Made by a program: the position numbers and the translations under genes | Notes under the pieces: generated by a model | What the model was told of the DNA's origin: nothing | Seen by the model: only the letters and a program-made list of their open reading frames with translations | Database searches by the model: none | In this document: piece by piece, positions 23,426-36,859 of the stretch | Layout: the number at the start of each line of letters is the position of its first letter | Numbering within the stretch: the stretch's first letter is position 1 | Assembly: GCF_037042905.1 (NCBI RefSeq) | Contig: NC_087247.1 | Coordinates: 25,978,001-26,042,000, forward strand | DNA length: 64,000 bases | Source of the DNA: Lytechinus pictus | Taxonomy: Eukaryota | Reading direction: 5' to 3'

Positions 23426-26356
23426 CTTTCCTGCTTCTAACGAGTTGCGACACTCCAAAGATTATTCTGAATAAAAGAGATATTACCCATAGATATAAAT
23501 AATACTTCTTCCAATTATCAAGAGGCGCCAAATTGTATATCACTTCTCGCTCATCATGTTTTATATACATTCGGCAGTAGCCAATGAGAAACGATGTTTT
23601 CTTTAGAGCTGAGAGTTTAATGACACGAGTGGTACCTCATGTTAACCAGTTAACTTGGCATTCACGGAATATACAGAAATAGGTGTGTGTTTCCGCCAGC
23701 CCCCCCCCCCCCCGCGTCAATCTCACTACGTCTTATCCTTTTCATTGTTTTGCTTGTTATCTTACCTCATTTTTAGCTGAAAGATTAATAAAAATCACTG
23801 ATTTATGTGACTTAGAACTAGCAAAAAAACAAAAACAAATTATAACCGATTATAGAAATGGCGATTTGAGTGTTTCCGCCTTTTCTATATATTTTCCGCC
23901 GCCGTTTAGTTTTGGTTTTCTCCCCTTACCTCTATTTTTCTCTTTCTTAGATGGTAATAATCAATATAAATATATTCATAACCCCAATGAACATTTTTTC
24001 GTCGCAAAGATTTCAGATTTTTTTTTTTAAACACTCTGTTTTTTAATACTTTGTCTCCCGTTCCTTTCTCTTTCGCTCCATCTCTCGCTATAAATTTATC
24101 GCTCTATTTCATATTGATATTCTCTCATAATGCTTCTCCCCTGTTCGCCATCAATACACAAGTTGAGGAACTCGTATTATAACGTTGCACCAGGCACATG
24201 CCCGCATATTCGTATGGCTGACTTCTTCTGTAAAAAATACCTTCATTTTATCTCTTATAACAGGATCCATTTCCCAATTACCCTTTACATTTCATTAGAT
24301 GGACATTACCAACAGGTCAAAAAATAGTTAGCCGGATAGTTAGCCCTTCGCTAGTAAAGAACGGCAGTAATTCTTTTATTCTAAGGGACCGCGCACTGGA
24401 ATTAAATTTCACCTGTCTCTGACACTTGAGAATATAAACCTACAGGTAGGGAATCTAGGCATATAGTTTTTGATAGACAGCTATATCTGACATGAATTGG
24501 TTGATAAACTCTAATTATATGTTATACTTCTTTATCTACCATTAATTTGAGCCTATCATTTTGTATTCCCTATTGATCAAATCACACTACACTATTAAGG
24601 CAATGATCTAACACTTATTACAAGTTGAATACCGATTAAAATCTGACTTGAAAGTTCGTGGAGAGAAACGTATGCACATTTTATCGTGAGTGCAATTTAG
24701 CAAATTTCATCAACATAAAGACAACTGCAACATTGGCTCTCAAGGATATTCCAACTTCACATAAAATTGATATAAATCTAGTCGTATTATTCATACAAGA
24801 AAACGGTAAAACTTACTCCAAATCTTATCAAAATAACAAGCACATTCCATATAGAAAAGGCAACCAAGCTGAGTTGATTTTATATCACCAGCTATTTTCT
24901 TAATACGTGAGAAACCGTCACAAAGCCAATCTAAAATGTTACTTTAAGAATATAAAACATGTATTTTTCATAGTTGGTGTCTGGTCATGACAACAAGTCA
25001 AATTATTTCAGGCGTAAAACATTACACAGATCTTCATCATTAAACGGATGAAATTCTAATGTTTACGCTATTCATAATAATTAACGATTAACAATCATTT
25101 TTCAAGCCATGAACGGGCTAAAATGTCAAGATATGATATTTATTTGTAGCTTTTTAATATGTGTAATGATTGGTCAAGAGTTAACAATGCTTTTTAAAAG
25201 AATATTACAATTTAAAACGTTACCAAAAGAGCACACTAGAAATTCGCTAATTGATGTAAAATAAAGATTTTCACAAGGAAACAACGCCACTCTTCTAATA
25301 TGGTAACGTTATGTGGCTTTATCAAAGTTTGAGATAGACTTTAAATAAACGTTAGATTTTTTTCTTGTTCAGTTTTCTTTTTTTTTGCAGGGGTATGCCA
25401 TATTTTTTCGTATAATTATTACATGATTATAAATAAATCATCTGCCAAAATTTTGGACGGGATTATACTGCAACAGATAAACCTGGAAAATGTATAATTT
25501 CAGCAAAATTTGAATATTAAAATAAACCACTTTGGAATTCTTGGGGTGGGCCATCTGCCACAAGCTTCCTTACCTATCAGCATACAAATGTTCTCACCTG
25601 GGTCTCACTCTCGAATGTAAATAATACTGTCAATAGACATAATAAATTTAGATTGGAACAAAGTCTTTACATGTTTATAAAACAATACTTTTACTGCAGT
25701 GGGAATTCATAGTGAAATACAAAGAACGGTTCATCTGTATGACATCTTCGACTCACTACGACGGTAACGTAGATAAAAAGAACAAGTAATATATATTACC
25801 ATCAAGATTTTATCCAGCTCTATTCTTAAAAATTGATAAAAAGTTTATTGAAAGTTGGGAGTTGATTCACATCCGAGCATTAAATGTAACTTATATTCAG
25901 CTTCAGATTCATTTTATTGGTCCATATTAAAACATAGAAATTTGTCCTCCACTGGCAGTACATAACATGAAGTATATAAATAAATGCTAATGACGTATAA
26001 ATTTGAAAAATATTTAAACGTTGAAGGAATATATATGAACATATATTGCAATAAAATGAAAAGGAATTGGCAAAATAATTACTTATACAGGCAAAGAATG
26101 AAAAACGGGTGGAGAGAGATAACTGAAGAGAAAGGATGGAAGAGATCATGTAAAAGCGAAAAGAAAGAAGTCAACTGGATATAAAATTTGAGACAGAAAG
26201 TGGCAGGTAAAGAAAGGGAAGTGAGAAAAGGGACAAAGATAAAAGGAAGGAAAGAGGGGAAACAGATGGAAAGAGAGAGAAATAGATAGATAGATAGAGA
26301 GAGAGAGAGAAGGGAGTTAAAGGGGATGAAAAATTACATCACAACATGGAGAGAAG

Positions 26357-27550
26357 CAGTGGCGTACCGTGGGTCACGGCATTAAAAAATTGAGTCACTT
26401 AGTGAGCGCACTCAGTTGCCAGGACAGTGCCACCAAACGGATATATATCTCTCTGATCAAACAATGCGAGCGCGAAGCGCGAGCTGATATTTTTGTATAT
26501 ATTGACCCAAAACAGTGACATTTTAAGGACTATATTTTAGGCATCCATTAAGAGTATACATATCTCACCATAGTCATCGAGTACCAAGCCCTTGCTGATT
26601 TTATTACAATTACATCTAAACACATGACGCATTTGTAGTCATTGTAATAATGATTAACATACGCATATCACTAATCAAATATTGCGAGCGCAAAGCACGA
26701 GCTGAAAATTTAGGAAATTCAGACCTGAAGAGGGGCATTCTAAGGCTTGTTTTTAGGAATTCTCTAAGACCATACGTATTTCACTAACCAAATGATGCGA
26801 GCGCGAAGCGCGAGCTGAAATTTTTTATATTCAGATCAGAAAAAGGGGACACTTTAAGGACTGATTTTATGAATTCATGAAGAGCAGACATATCTCACCA
26901 ATCCACTAATGCGAACGTAAGCACGGACAGGATGTGTTTATATGTTTTATGAATGTGGGGCAATCACTCTAAGTATATGAAAAAGAAGCATATGTCACTA
27001 CATAAAACAATAATAACTCGACGAAGTGCGAGGAAATATATTTGGTGTATATTGACTTAAAAACGGGAGGTTTAGTACAACCGGATCATATATTCAATTC
27101 AATTCAAATAAACATTTATTTTCTTCCATTTCAAAACACTTTTCATAAACATTAGTTCATACAAAAATCAAATTGTTATGAGGAATATAAATATGTACAT
27201 GTTTGGTATAAAGAAGAAGGCGTCTACCCTAAAAGCCGAGGCTTGTGACGGGATACGCCTATAGACAGAAATACAATACAAAATCTTGTTAAACAGAAAA
27301 TGCGAGCACCAGGAACAAGACATAGGCCCAGAGCAAATTATGTTTCAGAAAGTTATGAAAAATGTTTCTTATGTAATACAACATAACATGATTATAATAT
27401 AACATTGTAATGAACAATAATTTCTTCTTTCCCACTACGTCTTTCTTCCTTTCTCCCTCTTTTTCTCCTTTTCACCGTTTTTTTTGGGGGGCCAGCCGAT
27501 GGGGGGGGGGGGGCACGTGCCCCCACGTGCCCCCCGTAGTTACGCCACTG
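26357..27550 (+). mobile_element. hAT-type non-autonomous element, copy 2 (same family as 20113)
   Basis: Same TIRs, perfect 8-bp TSD GAGAGAAG, colinear body; carries a ~190-bp insertion at ~27091-27285. Confidence 0.9.
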
Positions 27551-29479
27551 GAGAGAAGATGCACTTAATTAAAGTAATTGCATAATAAGAATACATTAAA
27601 ACCGGCTTTGTGGTGCATGCATGGAAATGACAGAGGCAAGAATGGGCAGGAGGTCGGACAACTATAGTGGTTTGAAATTTTAACTGACCTATAAATACAA
27701 ATACATAAAACAATAACAATATAGACCATGTAAATGCTACAATCATGATTATATAAAGTCTCAGTGTTGAACTATTCCAAAAGTCTCAGCGTTTGACATT
27801 ATCACTGTACATATGAATTGCATTGAAAACGGGATTGTAGACTTCCAAACTGGCATGTGAATGCTTTCATTGGACTTCCAACATGACAGTTTCTCTTCAA
27901 ATTTGGAAATATTTGTTTTTTCGAATGGTCTTTAACAAACTTGAATTAAAGAACTTAATGTTTGACGCTAATAGAATTATATTTTTCTTGTACTTGAATT
28001 ACTTCTTTTGTCACGGTGACGCTCATTCATTGAATTTTCTTAAATAATTATAAACTTTACTGACAGAAAGCTTTAGTATCTACACTTTTAAGAGTTGCAA
28101 AAGATTATCAGTTTAGTTTTTATATATATATATAACGACGATATACCACTTTTCTTACCAGCATGTAATACCAGCATGATATTGGTCTACTGCAAACCTC
28201 CTTCAGTCTCTTCGGCACAGGCAGTAGATGCAGACTGCACAAGTCCCTCTTCACCCTTTCCTATATGTCTGGAAGAATTAAAGAATAGCTGGCAAAATTT
28301 TCATCACTTTTGGTTGGAGTAGATCGATCCTCAATTCATCTTATCTTTGGGATAAATGGCACATATACAAAACTAATTGTTTGAAATACAGTCTCTCTTC
28401 ATGCACATACCGCTTAAGAGACAAGGCAAATTTCTTTTCCTTTTCAGAAGTATGCAGTATATACCCATCTGTAACTGTGCATGTTGTCTGTTATAGAGGC
28501 AAGGAGGCGCTCTCGACTTAATTGTTTTGGTCATTTTTTTTTTCTTCTCCGTGCGTAAATTTTCTTTTGGTAATATACTGGTAGTATCAGCATGCAGTCA
28601 CATTAGAATCCGGACTTCACGTTTGCTGGTATCTAGCTAGGCTGATTTTACTATACATGCTATCTCCTCAGATAGATCAGGATCTTTTGTTTTGTACGGA
28701 TGATCATGGACCTACTTTCTAGTAGCTCTCCATGATCAAATTACAGTATACTTTTTGAAGTGGTTCCTGACTTTCGTCATTATCACTTCAAGGTGAGATC
28801 TATCAACCTATCCACCTATCCACCTTGAAGACAAGTGTGTATAATAACATGATAATGGAATATGATTATGGTATATATACCTGTCATTCTCATATCCTTA
28901 AAGTAAACAAGATAAAGAATTATCAACACAATAACATGCACCTACGCGGTAATGTTTAGCCTGCTATATACCTAAATGGTATATATGATGTGATTCTAGA
29001 GGTTTATTTTATGGGGGTGGGGATTGATATCAAAAGTATACCCCACGTGCACGCATCTTGCACGAATAGCCCATTGAGCTGTATTGCCCAATTATTTATG
29101 AGCAAAGTCCTATAACTCCAAATAGTCTTGCTGGATATTCGATAAACCTTTTTTCATCTTTCATTTTTTTCCTCAAAATTAACTTAAATTTCAGTACTTC
29201 TGTGGGGGGGGGGGGGGGACATCAACCATTACTTCCACATTCACAAACCACAAACGGCTGGTATATGCCAAGTCACGACGGAAACCAGCGAACAGAATGT
29301 TTCCAAAGGATTGGATGGACTGTCTCACAACAGCAAAGAACCTTCTAAACAATCCTCACAATTAAATGTTAAAAATTGTGATGGAAACAGCTTTATGAGT
29401 ACTTCTTCAATTGACTCAGAACATGATGTTAATTGGGCCCATACATGTAAATATTTCGGAGTCCAGGATAAATTGTTCA

Positions 29480-31165
29480 GGTTTCTTCCAAAGAAGGGTT
29501 TAAAATTATGTCACATTGATATAAATAATTCACTAGTGTCAAAGCTATCTGAACTTAAAGTTGTACTACGAAATCATCCTTTCCATGTTGTTGCCATCTC
29601 TGAGACCAAATGCGATGGTACAATATCCGATTCCGAATTAGATATTGAACACTACAATGTTTTCCGCAAAGACCGCAATCGACATGGAGGGGTGTAGCAC
29701 TCTACGTGAAAGATGAAATAAATTGCTCATATGAAAATGATATCGTATGTGACGACATTGAAGCTCTTTGGGTTAAACTATCAATAAAACACTCAAAAAC
29801 AATATACTTATATGTGTTATATACAGACCACCGAACTCGGCGTCTATTTTTTTTGATTTATTGAACAATATGTTAAATCAAGCTATCACAAACACAGATG
29901 CAGAAATTATATTACTTGGAGATCTAAACTGTGAATATGTATCCAGGTTATATTGATTCTATGTCACGATCTCTTGATGAAATCATAACTGATTTTCTGT
30001 TTGATCAATTAATTGATATACCAACAAGAGTGACGACAACGTCACAAACTATTATTGATCTTATATATTCCACTGATATGGACAACCACTCAATGAATGG
30101 AGTAATAAAAACATATTTCAGTGATCATTATATGATTTTCACTGTCTACGGTGATACAGATATTAGTCAAAAAGAAAATATTATAGAATGGAGAGATTTC
30201 AAAGGCTTTGAATTCTCTGAATTTCAGTCTCTATTATCCCAAGTTCATTTTGAAGATGTATATCAATGTGAAGATGTAAATTGTGCATGGGACATATGGT
30301 ACAAGCCGCTGATGGAAATTATAAACAAATGTGCACCATACAAAAGAAAACGTATAAGAAACAAGGCGTGTCCGTGGGTGACAGGTGATGTAATTGCATT
30401 GATGAATACAAAAAGCAATCAAACTATCGTCATTATATCTTTGGAATCAATATAAAAGGTGTAGAAACCTTGTGACAAGGGAACTCAATAGGCTTTAAAA
30501 ATCATATAATTATTACCTCTTTATTAGATGTTAAATCAGGTAACGCAAATGCACTGTGGGATGTTATGCGGCGTCTCACTAAGAAAAGGCAACCTAAACT
30601 ATGACATTGAACGTAAACGATGTCGAAATATCAGACTTGAAAGAAATTCTCGAGCACTTCAATAGATATTTTATTGACTCAGATCAGGAACTCACTAACA
30701 ATTTTGAACAAAATGTTGAGAATTTCAAAGATTGTGAACATATTAATGAAGAAAATTCGGAAAAGGAGACAAAAAGTGATTTGCTTAATTTCTCTATCAT
30801 TTCTGTAGATTTCGTCATCAAAGAGATAAAATCTTATAGTTGCAACACAGTGGAATATGTATTCATAGTGTTCAGTAATTATACCAATCATAGTCACGAA
30901 CCCTTTTTATGAGGCCGCCATCAATTACAAGCTTAACCGCTCACGATGGCGGTCTCCTGCGTTCATTAAATTTTGTTAATGTTCCTTTTTTATTATCAAA
31001 ATGTGAAGTATATGCCCACACCATTTTTTTCCTTCAAATTTTGTATTATGTTTATATTGTATGCATTATGAATTATTTTGTATATTACAAACAATGTAAA
31101 TATTTATGATAATGTATTGTGAACGCAGAAATAAAAATAAAACAAACAAACAAACAAACAAACAA
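29480..31165 (+). mobile_element. Degenerate CR1/L2-group LINE: frameshifted APE endonuclease, RT missing, 3' stem-loop and (AAAC)n tail
   Basis: ISETK, RKDRNRHGG(G)VALY, YRPPN, LGDLN, PTRVT...IDLI, SDH, PWVT motifs across frames; hairpin GGCCGCCATC/GATGGCGGTC near 30912-30955; tail at 31130-31165. Confidence 0.85.
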
Positions 31166-33374
31166 GTGTGTTATACAATGCGAATGCGTACACATCAGTC
31201 TTAATATCAGAGTGAAAAAAAGTGCCCAACTTTATCGTTGTGGAATTACAATGTGTACACAGTTTAATTTTTTTTTCTCTCTGTGGTTAAGCCACTTTAT
31301 GTTATTATTCTCAGTGTTGACACAGGACACTGGGATGATTTCTTACAGGAGCTGCTGGAGTAAATTTGACATTTTGGTTATATTACCAGATTTCCAGGGG
31401 GTGCTGCGTATGGAAAATAACACATACAGATACAGCACCCCCGCTTCCCAGGCCTATGCGCTGACACACTCTTCACATCAGTATGGAATGACTATGTGAA
31501 CACACTGTGAATCCCAGTGTTTCACAGTTTGGTGTGTTATTTCCACCAGAAACATAATTCGTGGCACACATTATACAGACCTTGGTGTGATGTTATGTAA
31601 AATTAGTACAAGAATGACAAGGGACACACAATTTCATTTCTGTGTAATTTTTCTCTATTATAGGCCCTTGTCATTTGACTCGCGTAGATTTTCCAGGGGG
31701 TCACATATCATTAGTACAAACATCTTGATAAAAGGAAATGCAATATGAGAAAATTAGCCTCGTGGACCCCCCCCCCCTTGAAATCACTAACTGAATAGTT
31801 GGGATCAGCATTTACTTTTGTCACGTGCGATATGAAGATCATTTAGCATGAATGTCACTCGTTACTTTTTATGCATCCTTCGAAATAACATCGTTAGTTT
31901 TTAAACTCTACTAGCACCATCCATCCCTGATTTCGAACTTCCGCTGACTTCGAGCACCGAACTTCGACTTCCATCATGAAAACAAAATACTGGTATCAAT
32001 TACATCTATAATATGTTAACATCGAAAGGAATTAATTCGTATACAGTTCAAAGAAAAAAAGTAAACTATATAAACTAACAGACTAGCATGACGAGAGAAT
32101 GACCCGTTGAATAATTAGCAAAGCTGCAAGTATAGTGTCTGGATAGACAGACTCATACATCTTTTTTAAATAAACGTGTACAAATACACAAAAATTACCA
32201 TTAGTCGAGTCGGAAATAGGGGTTCCCGTGCACCATCATGATATATATTTTTAACCAGCTTTTTTGTATTGCCTGAAGTGTCTAGTTAATGATTCTTGAT
32301 GTTCCCTTGCAAAATCGTGTCCCATGGAGTCGGCCATCTTGGATTTTTCATGAAAATCAATAATTTTCATATTTTTTTGCACAGACAATGGGAAAATCGT
32401 GGATCTAGATCTGGTACAGTGACATAAACTGAACTTTGTGAAATCATAAAATCTAAGCTGAAAAACGATCACACTGAAGATCGCCAACACATATAGGCAC
32501 ACGTGGGACAGTATATTATTATTGCTGGAATAAAGACCCGACGGAAGTGCTCGAATCCGCGCTTATTTTGCTTATTTCTCAGCAATTACACAATTTCTTC
32601 CAGAATCCTTTGGCACATATTTTTTATTCATACAAACAGACACTTTGGTGATCATTATATTAAATTCTGCAGAAAGAGTAGAAATCGATTGCGATCATTG
32701 TTTGGACTGTCCGGTTAATATTTTTTGAAAAATAAGATAGTTTATGCCAAAATTATAATGTTTTTGGTCAAAAATTTGCATGTACATTGATATCTTTCTG
32801 ATTTATCATTAACATCAACAACTAATGCAAAATATCAGCATTCGACCAGAAAGAGGATATATTAACGAGAATATCTATATGCTTCGTAACGGTATTAATG
32901 TCTTAACTTGCTTAGATAAAGTACAGATACCTCCAAATGCATGTATTACACGATATCGCGATAAAATGACACCAACAAGCAACCTCTGTGTCCTAGTCTC
33001 ATTAGTGATACCGACTACAATGCGATCGCTGGCATACTTTTCAAGAGAGTACAATAAAATAAAATAAAATAACCGGTCTTACCTCACCTGTGTTGGTGTG
33101 ACTAACACGCAGAAATGCAAGCAGTGAGCGTAACGAAAGAAAGATGTATATTACATATAGATGTTCATGTGGGCAAAAGGTATTTTCTATATATTAAAGT
33201 AACTGTAATGTTATTAAAGTAACTGTAATGTTAATGAAACCTCTTGGTAAAGTTAGAGGAGGCACTGCTCTGCATGTTGCATGTATTTACGTTCGGGCAC
33301 CTTAAGCATAGTCTCGCAAGAGCCTGTCCAAGGTACCCGACCCTTATCCGTAGCTTGACTGTTAATATATCTTG

Positions 33375-34915
33375 CGTTTTGGAGCTCCCAATGTGGCAAA
33401 ATGGTGTTTCCGCTATTTAGAAAAACAACTTTAATTTTCTTGAAATCACTTGGTGATGAGAGAGTAGGCATTTCTCTATCAGTTACACAAAGAAGTGCTG
33501 GCACAGCAAAGCCTACCCCCTCAGGGAGCTGCCGAAGTCACCCAACCCCTATTTCGTATTTTGCCCATTTCTCGAAAAATTCGCCATTTTAGAGCCCTTT
33601 CGAGGCGAAAGGCGTTTCTCCTTTGCAGTAAACAAATTTGTTGTTTTTAACCACTTGGAGATAAAAAAAAGTAGATCTTCCTTTATCAGCTACATAAAGA
33701 AGTGCTGGCACAACAAAGCCTACCCCCCCCCCTTCCTCAGCGGCATGCCGAAGTCACCGAACCCCTTTTTCGTATTTTGCCTATTTCTTGGAAAATTTGA
33801 ATTTTGGAGCCCCAATTGAGGCTAAAAATCGTTTCTGCTATGTAATAAAGTCACTTTTATTGTTTTGAAATCACTTGGAGAAGAACGGGTAGACTTTGCT
33901 CTATCAGCTACATATAAAAAGATTCTGGCACATCAAAGCATACCCCCTCAAGGGGGCTGCCGAAATCACCCACCCATTTTTAGTATTTTACCTATTTATT
34001 GGAAAATCTATCATTTTGGAGCCCCTATTGAGGCAAAAATCACTTCTGCTATGTAATAAGGTTACTTTTATTATTTTGAAACCACTTGGAAAAAAGAGTA
34101 GACTTTCTTCTATGTGCTTCATATAAAGAAGTGCTGGCACATTGAAGCTTACCCCTCTCAGCGTGCTGCGGATTTCACCCACCCCTTTTCCGTATTTTGC
34201 CAATTTATGGGGAAATCTGCAACTTTGGAGCCCCCATTGAGGAAAAGGGTGTTTCTGCTATATATAGGAAGCCACTTTTATTGTCTTAAAACCACTTGTA
34301 GACAAACAAGTAGTATTTCTTATATTTGCTACATAAAACGAAGTGCTGGCACATTGAAATCTATCCTCCTCAGGGGGCTGCCGAAGTCACCCCATTTCTT
34401 TTTCATATTTTGCCCTTTATTGGGAAAATTTGCGATTTTGGAGCCCCATTGAGACAAACAGCGATTCCACTTTGCAGAAAAGTATCTTTTATTGTTTTGT
34501 TACCACTTTCTATCATCTACATAATTTATGACAACTTGCTGGCAGACCGATCCTACCCTGTCAGGGGCTCCCGGAGTATCCCCACCCTTTTGCCTATTTT
34601 CCCCCTATATTGAAAAATTCGCAGTTGTTAACCCCCTCATTCAGGTAAGGAGGCATGCTATGTGGTAAAGCCACTTTTATTTTTAAAACCACTTAAAGAT
34701 TGAAGAATATGCTTTCCCCTATAAGCTACATGTAAAAAAGTGCTGGTAATTGAAATCGACGCTACTCAATTCAGGGATTGTTAAAGTCACCAAACCTTTT
34801 TGCCTATTTTCTCTCTTTATTGGAAAATTCGAAGTGTTTAGCCTCCATTTAGGCAAAAAGACATTACTGCTATCAAGTAAAGCCACTTTTATTTTTTGAA
34901 CCCATCTGGAAATGA
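33375..34915 (+). repeat. Tandem array of ~7 diverged ~200-220 bp units forming the core of the foldback element
   Basis: AAGTGCTGGCACA...GCCGAAGTCACC...TTTTGGAGCCCC recurring near 33491, 33698, 33921, 34127, 34341, 34537 and 34738. Confidence 0.9.
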
Positions 34916-34919
34916 AAGA

Positions 34920-35440
34920 GTAGGGGAAGGCGGGGTAAGTTGTGACACTTTTTGCATTTTGAATGTTAGAATTGATATGACTAATAATATTGCAGAAATA
35001 AGTACCTTGCCTTTAAATTTGATTCTCGGGAAATATTTTTCACCTATATATAACTTTCTAACCCCACACTGAAAGTTATTGTGACCTTTGAAAAAAAAAA
35101 ACGATGTCAAATGGCTCAACTTGCCCCATCTGTGGGGTAAGTTGTGCCACCTTCTGGGGTAAGTTGTGCCACAAAAACCATGTACATAATGTATGCGGGA
35201 AGAACCAGCATGACAATTTTTAATTCAAAGTCTTTTCACTTGCTAATTCTCTATAAATACCAACATCCTCTAAAAGTAAAAGAACTGTCATGTGAATTTG
35301 CTCCTTTCTGCCTGCATATATGGCTTTTTAAGGGTTGTTTTTTTATTATCATTATCATTATACATTACCATACGAATTACCATGGCTCAACTTGCCCCAT
35401 GTTCATGATGTTGGTTGGCTCAAATTACCCCTTTCCGAAC
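34920..35440. mobile_element. MITE-like fragment with GGGGTAAGTTG / CAACTTGCCCC inverted motifs
   Basis: Repeated GGGGTAAGTTGTG(A/C)CAC and GGCTCAACTTGCCCC motifs; right end decayed. Confidence 0.55.
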
Positions 35441-36859
35441 TTCATGCAATTTTTTTTACATCAACACACGGCATCCATCATGTTAAAGACTATGACAAGA
35501 ATGAGAATCCATACCTGGACTAACAATATTGTTCTTATTTCTTTAACATATTTAAAGACGAAATAAATAAACACAATTTTGCCACATTGGGGGCTCCAAA
35601 ATGCAAGATATTTTAATAGTCAAGCTACGAATAAGGGTGGGGTACCTTCGACGGGCTCTTGCGGGACTATGCTTTAAGGTGCCCGAATGTAAGTGCATGC
35701 AACACGCAGAGCAATGTGTCCTATAACTTTTCCAAGAGTTTTCATTAACACGTTAATAAATCTAGAAAATGCCTTTTGCCCACATGCACATCTATGCAAT
35801 ATACACCTTTCTATCACTACGCTAATTGCATGCATTTCTACGTGTTAGTCACACCAACGCATGCGCGTAGCCGGGGGGCGGCGGTGGTGGCGATCGCCCC
35901 CCCCCCCCAAAAAAAAAAACCGTCCCCAAAAAGAAAAAAAAAGAAGGGAAAAAGAGAGGAGAAAAGGAAAAGCGAAGGGAGGAAAGGGATGAAAGGTAGC
36001 TTTGTGGGTTTTTCTTTTTATTCTGTATTTTTTTTCTCAAAAGAGAAAATCCTACACTCTTGCTCTAAATTTATATATGAATTTTGCTTCCGCGCTGCGC
36101 GCGGTTAAATGACAATATTGCAGTTCTCCATTGTTTCCTCCACCCTTTCTCTAACCCTGTTTTTCCACCTCAGCTGTATGTGTTTCTTGCCAGTTAAAGT
36201 TCAAATGTATACATTAGGGCATGGAATTGGAGTATAAGGTTTAATAGGCCGAAGTATATGAAGTTATCTTTTTTTTTTATTGATCGCGCAACTTCTGGTC
36301 GGGTCGGCTCCGGGCGGGTAAAATCTTTATATTAATTTCGGCCGTCATCTCCATATAGGAAACTTCTCCCGCTTTTCAGCTCATAAAGCCCCTTTCACAA
36401 TTGGCGCCTCACTCGTGCGATAATTTTTTTTTTCGAAAATATTTTTTCCGTCCTGTTGTAGAAGTGTTGTCTTTGAGTCGCAAGCAATATATAAAATCGT
36501 GAGGTGAACGACCACTGCACCAGGATACAACAGTCGTGAGACGTAATCGTGCGATTATTTTCATGTTTCCGGGTGCAACAGTCGTACAACGGCTGCAACG
36601 GTTGAACGATGATGCGACCAAGTCGCACGACATATGCGTTTTGTAGCGCCATATGTCGCGCGACCTAGCGACCCGTTGTACGACTACTACAACCGATCGT
36701 ACAAGGCTACGACCCATTGTGCGACACACCGCACTACCTGTCGCGCGAGGTGTTGGCCTATAAATACGACACGCGATGCGACTTTCTTCATTACAACCGC
36801 TGATGCCTGACGAGACGCTGCTACAGTGAACAAGACACAACCAAAATACAAGCATCGGC

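Noticed and set aside
33375-34915. CRISPR-like repeat-spacer array
   Set aside because: Whole units are homologous with no unique spacers, there are no cas genes, and the context is eukaryotic.
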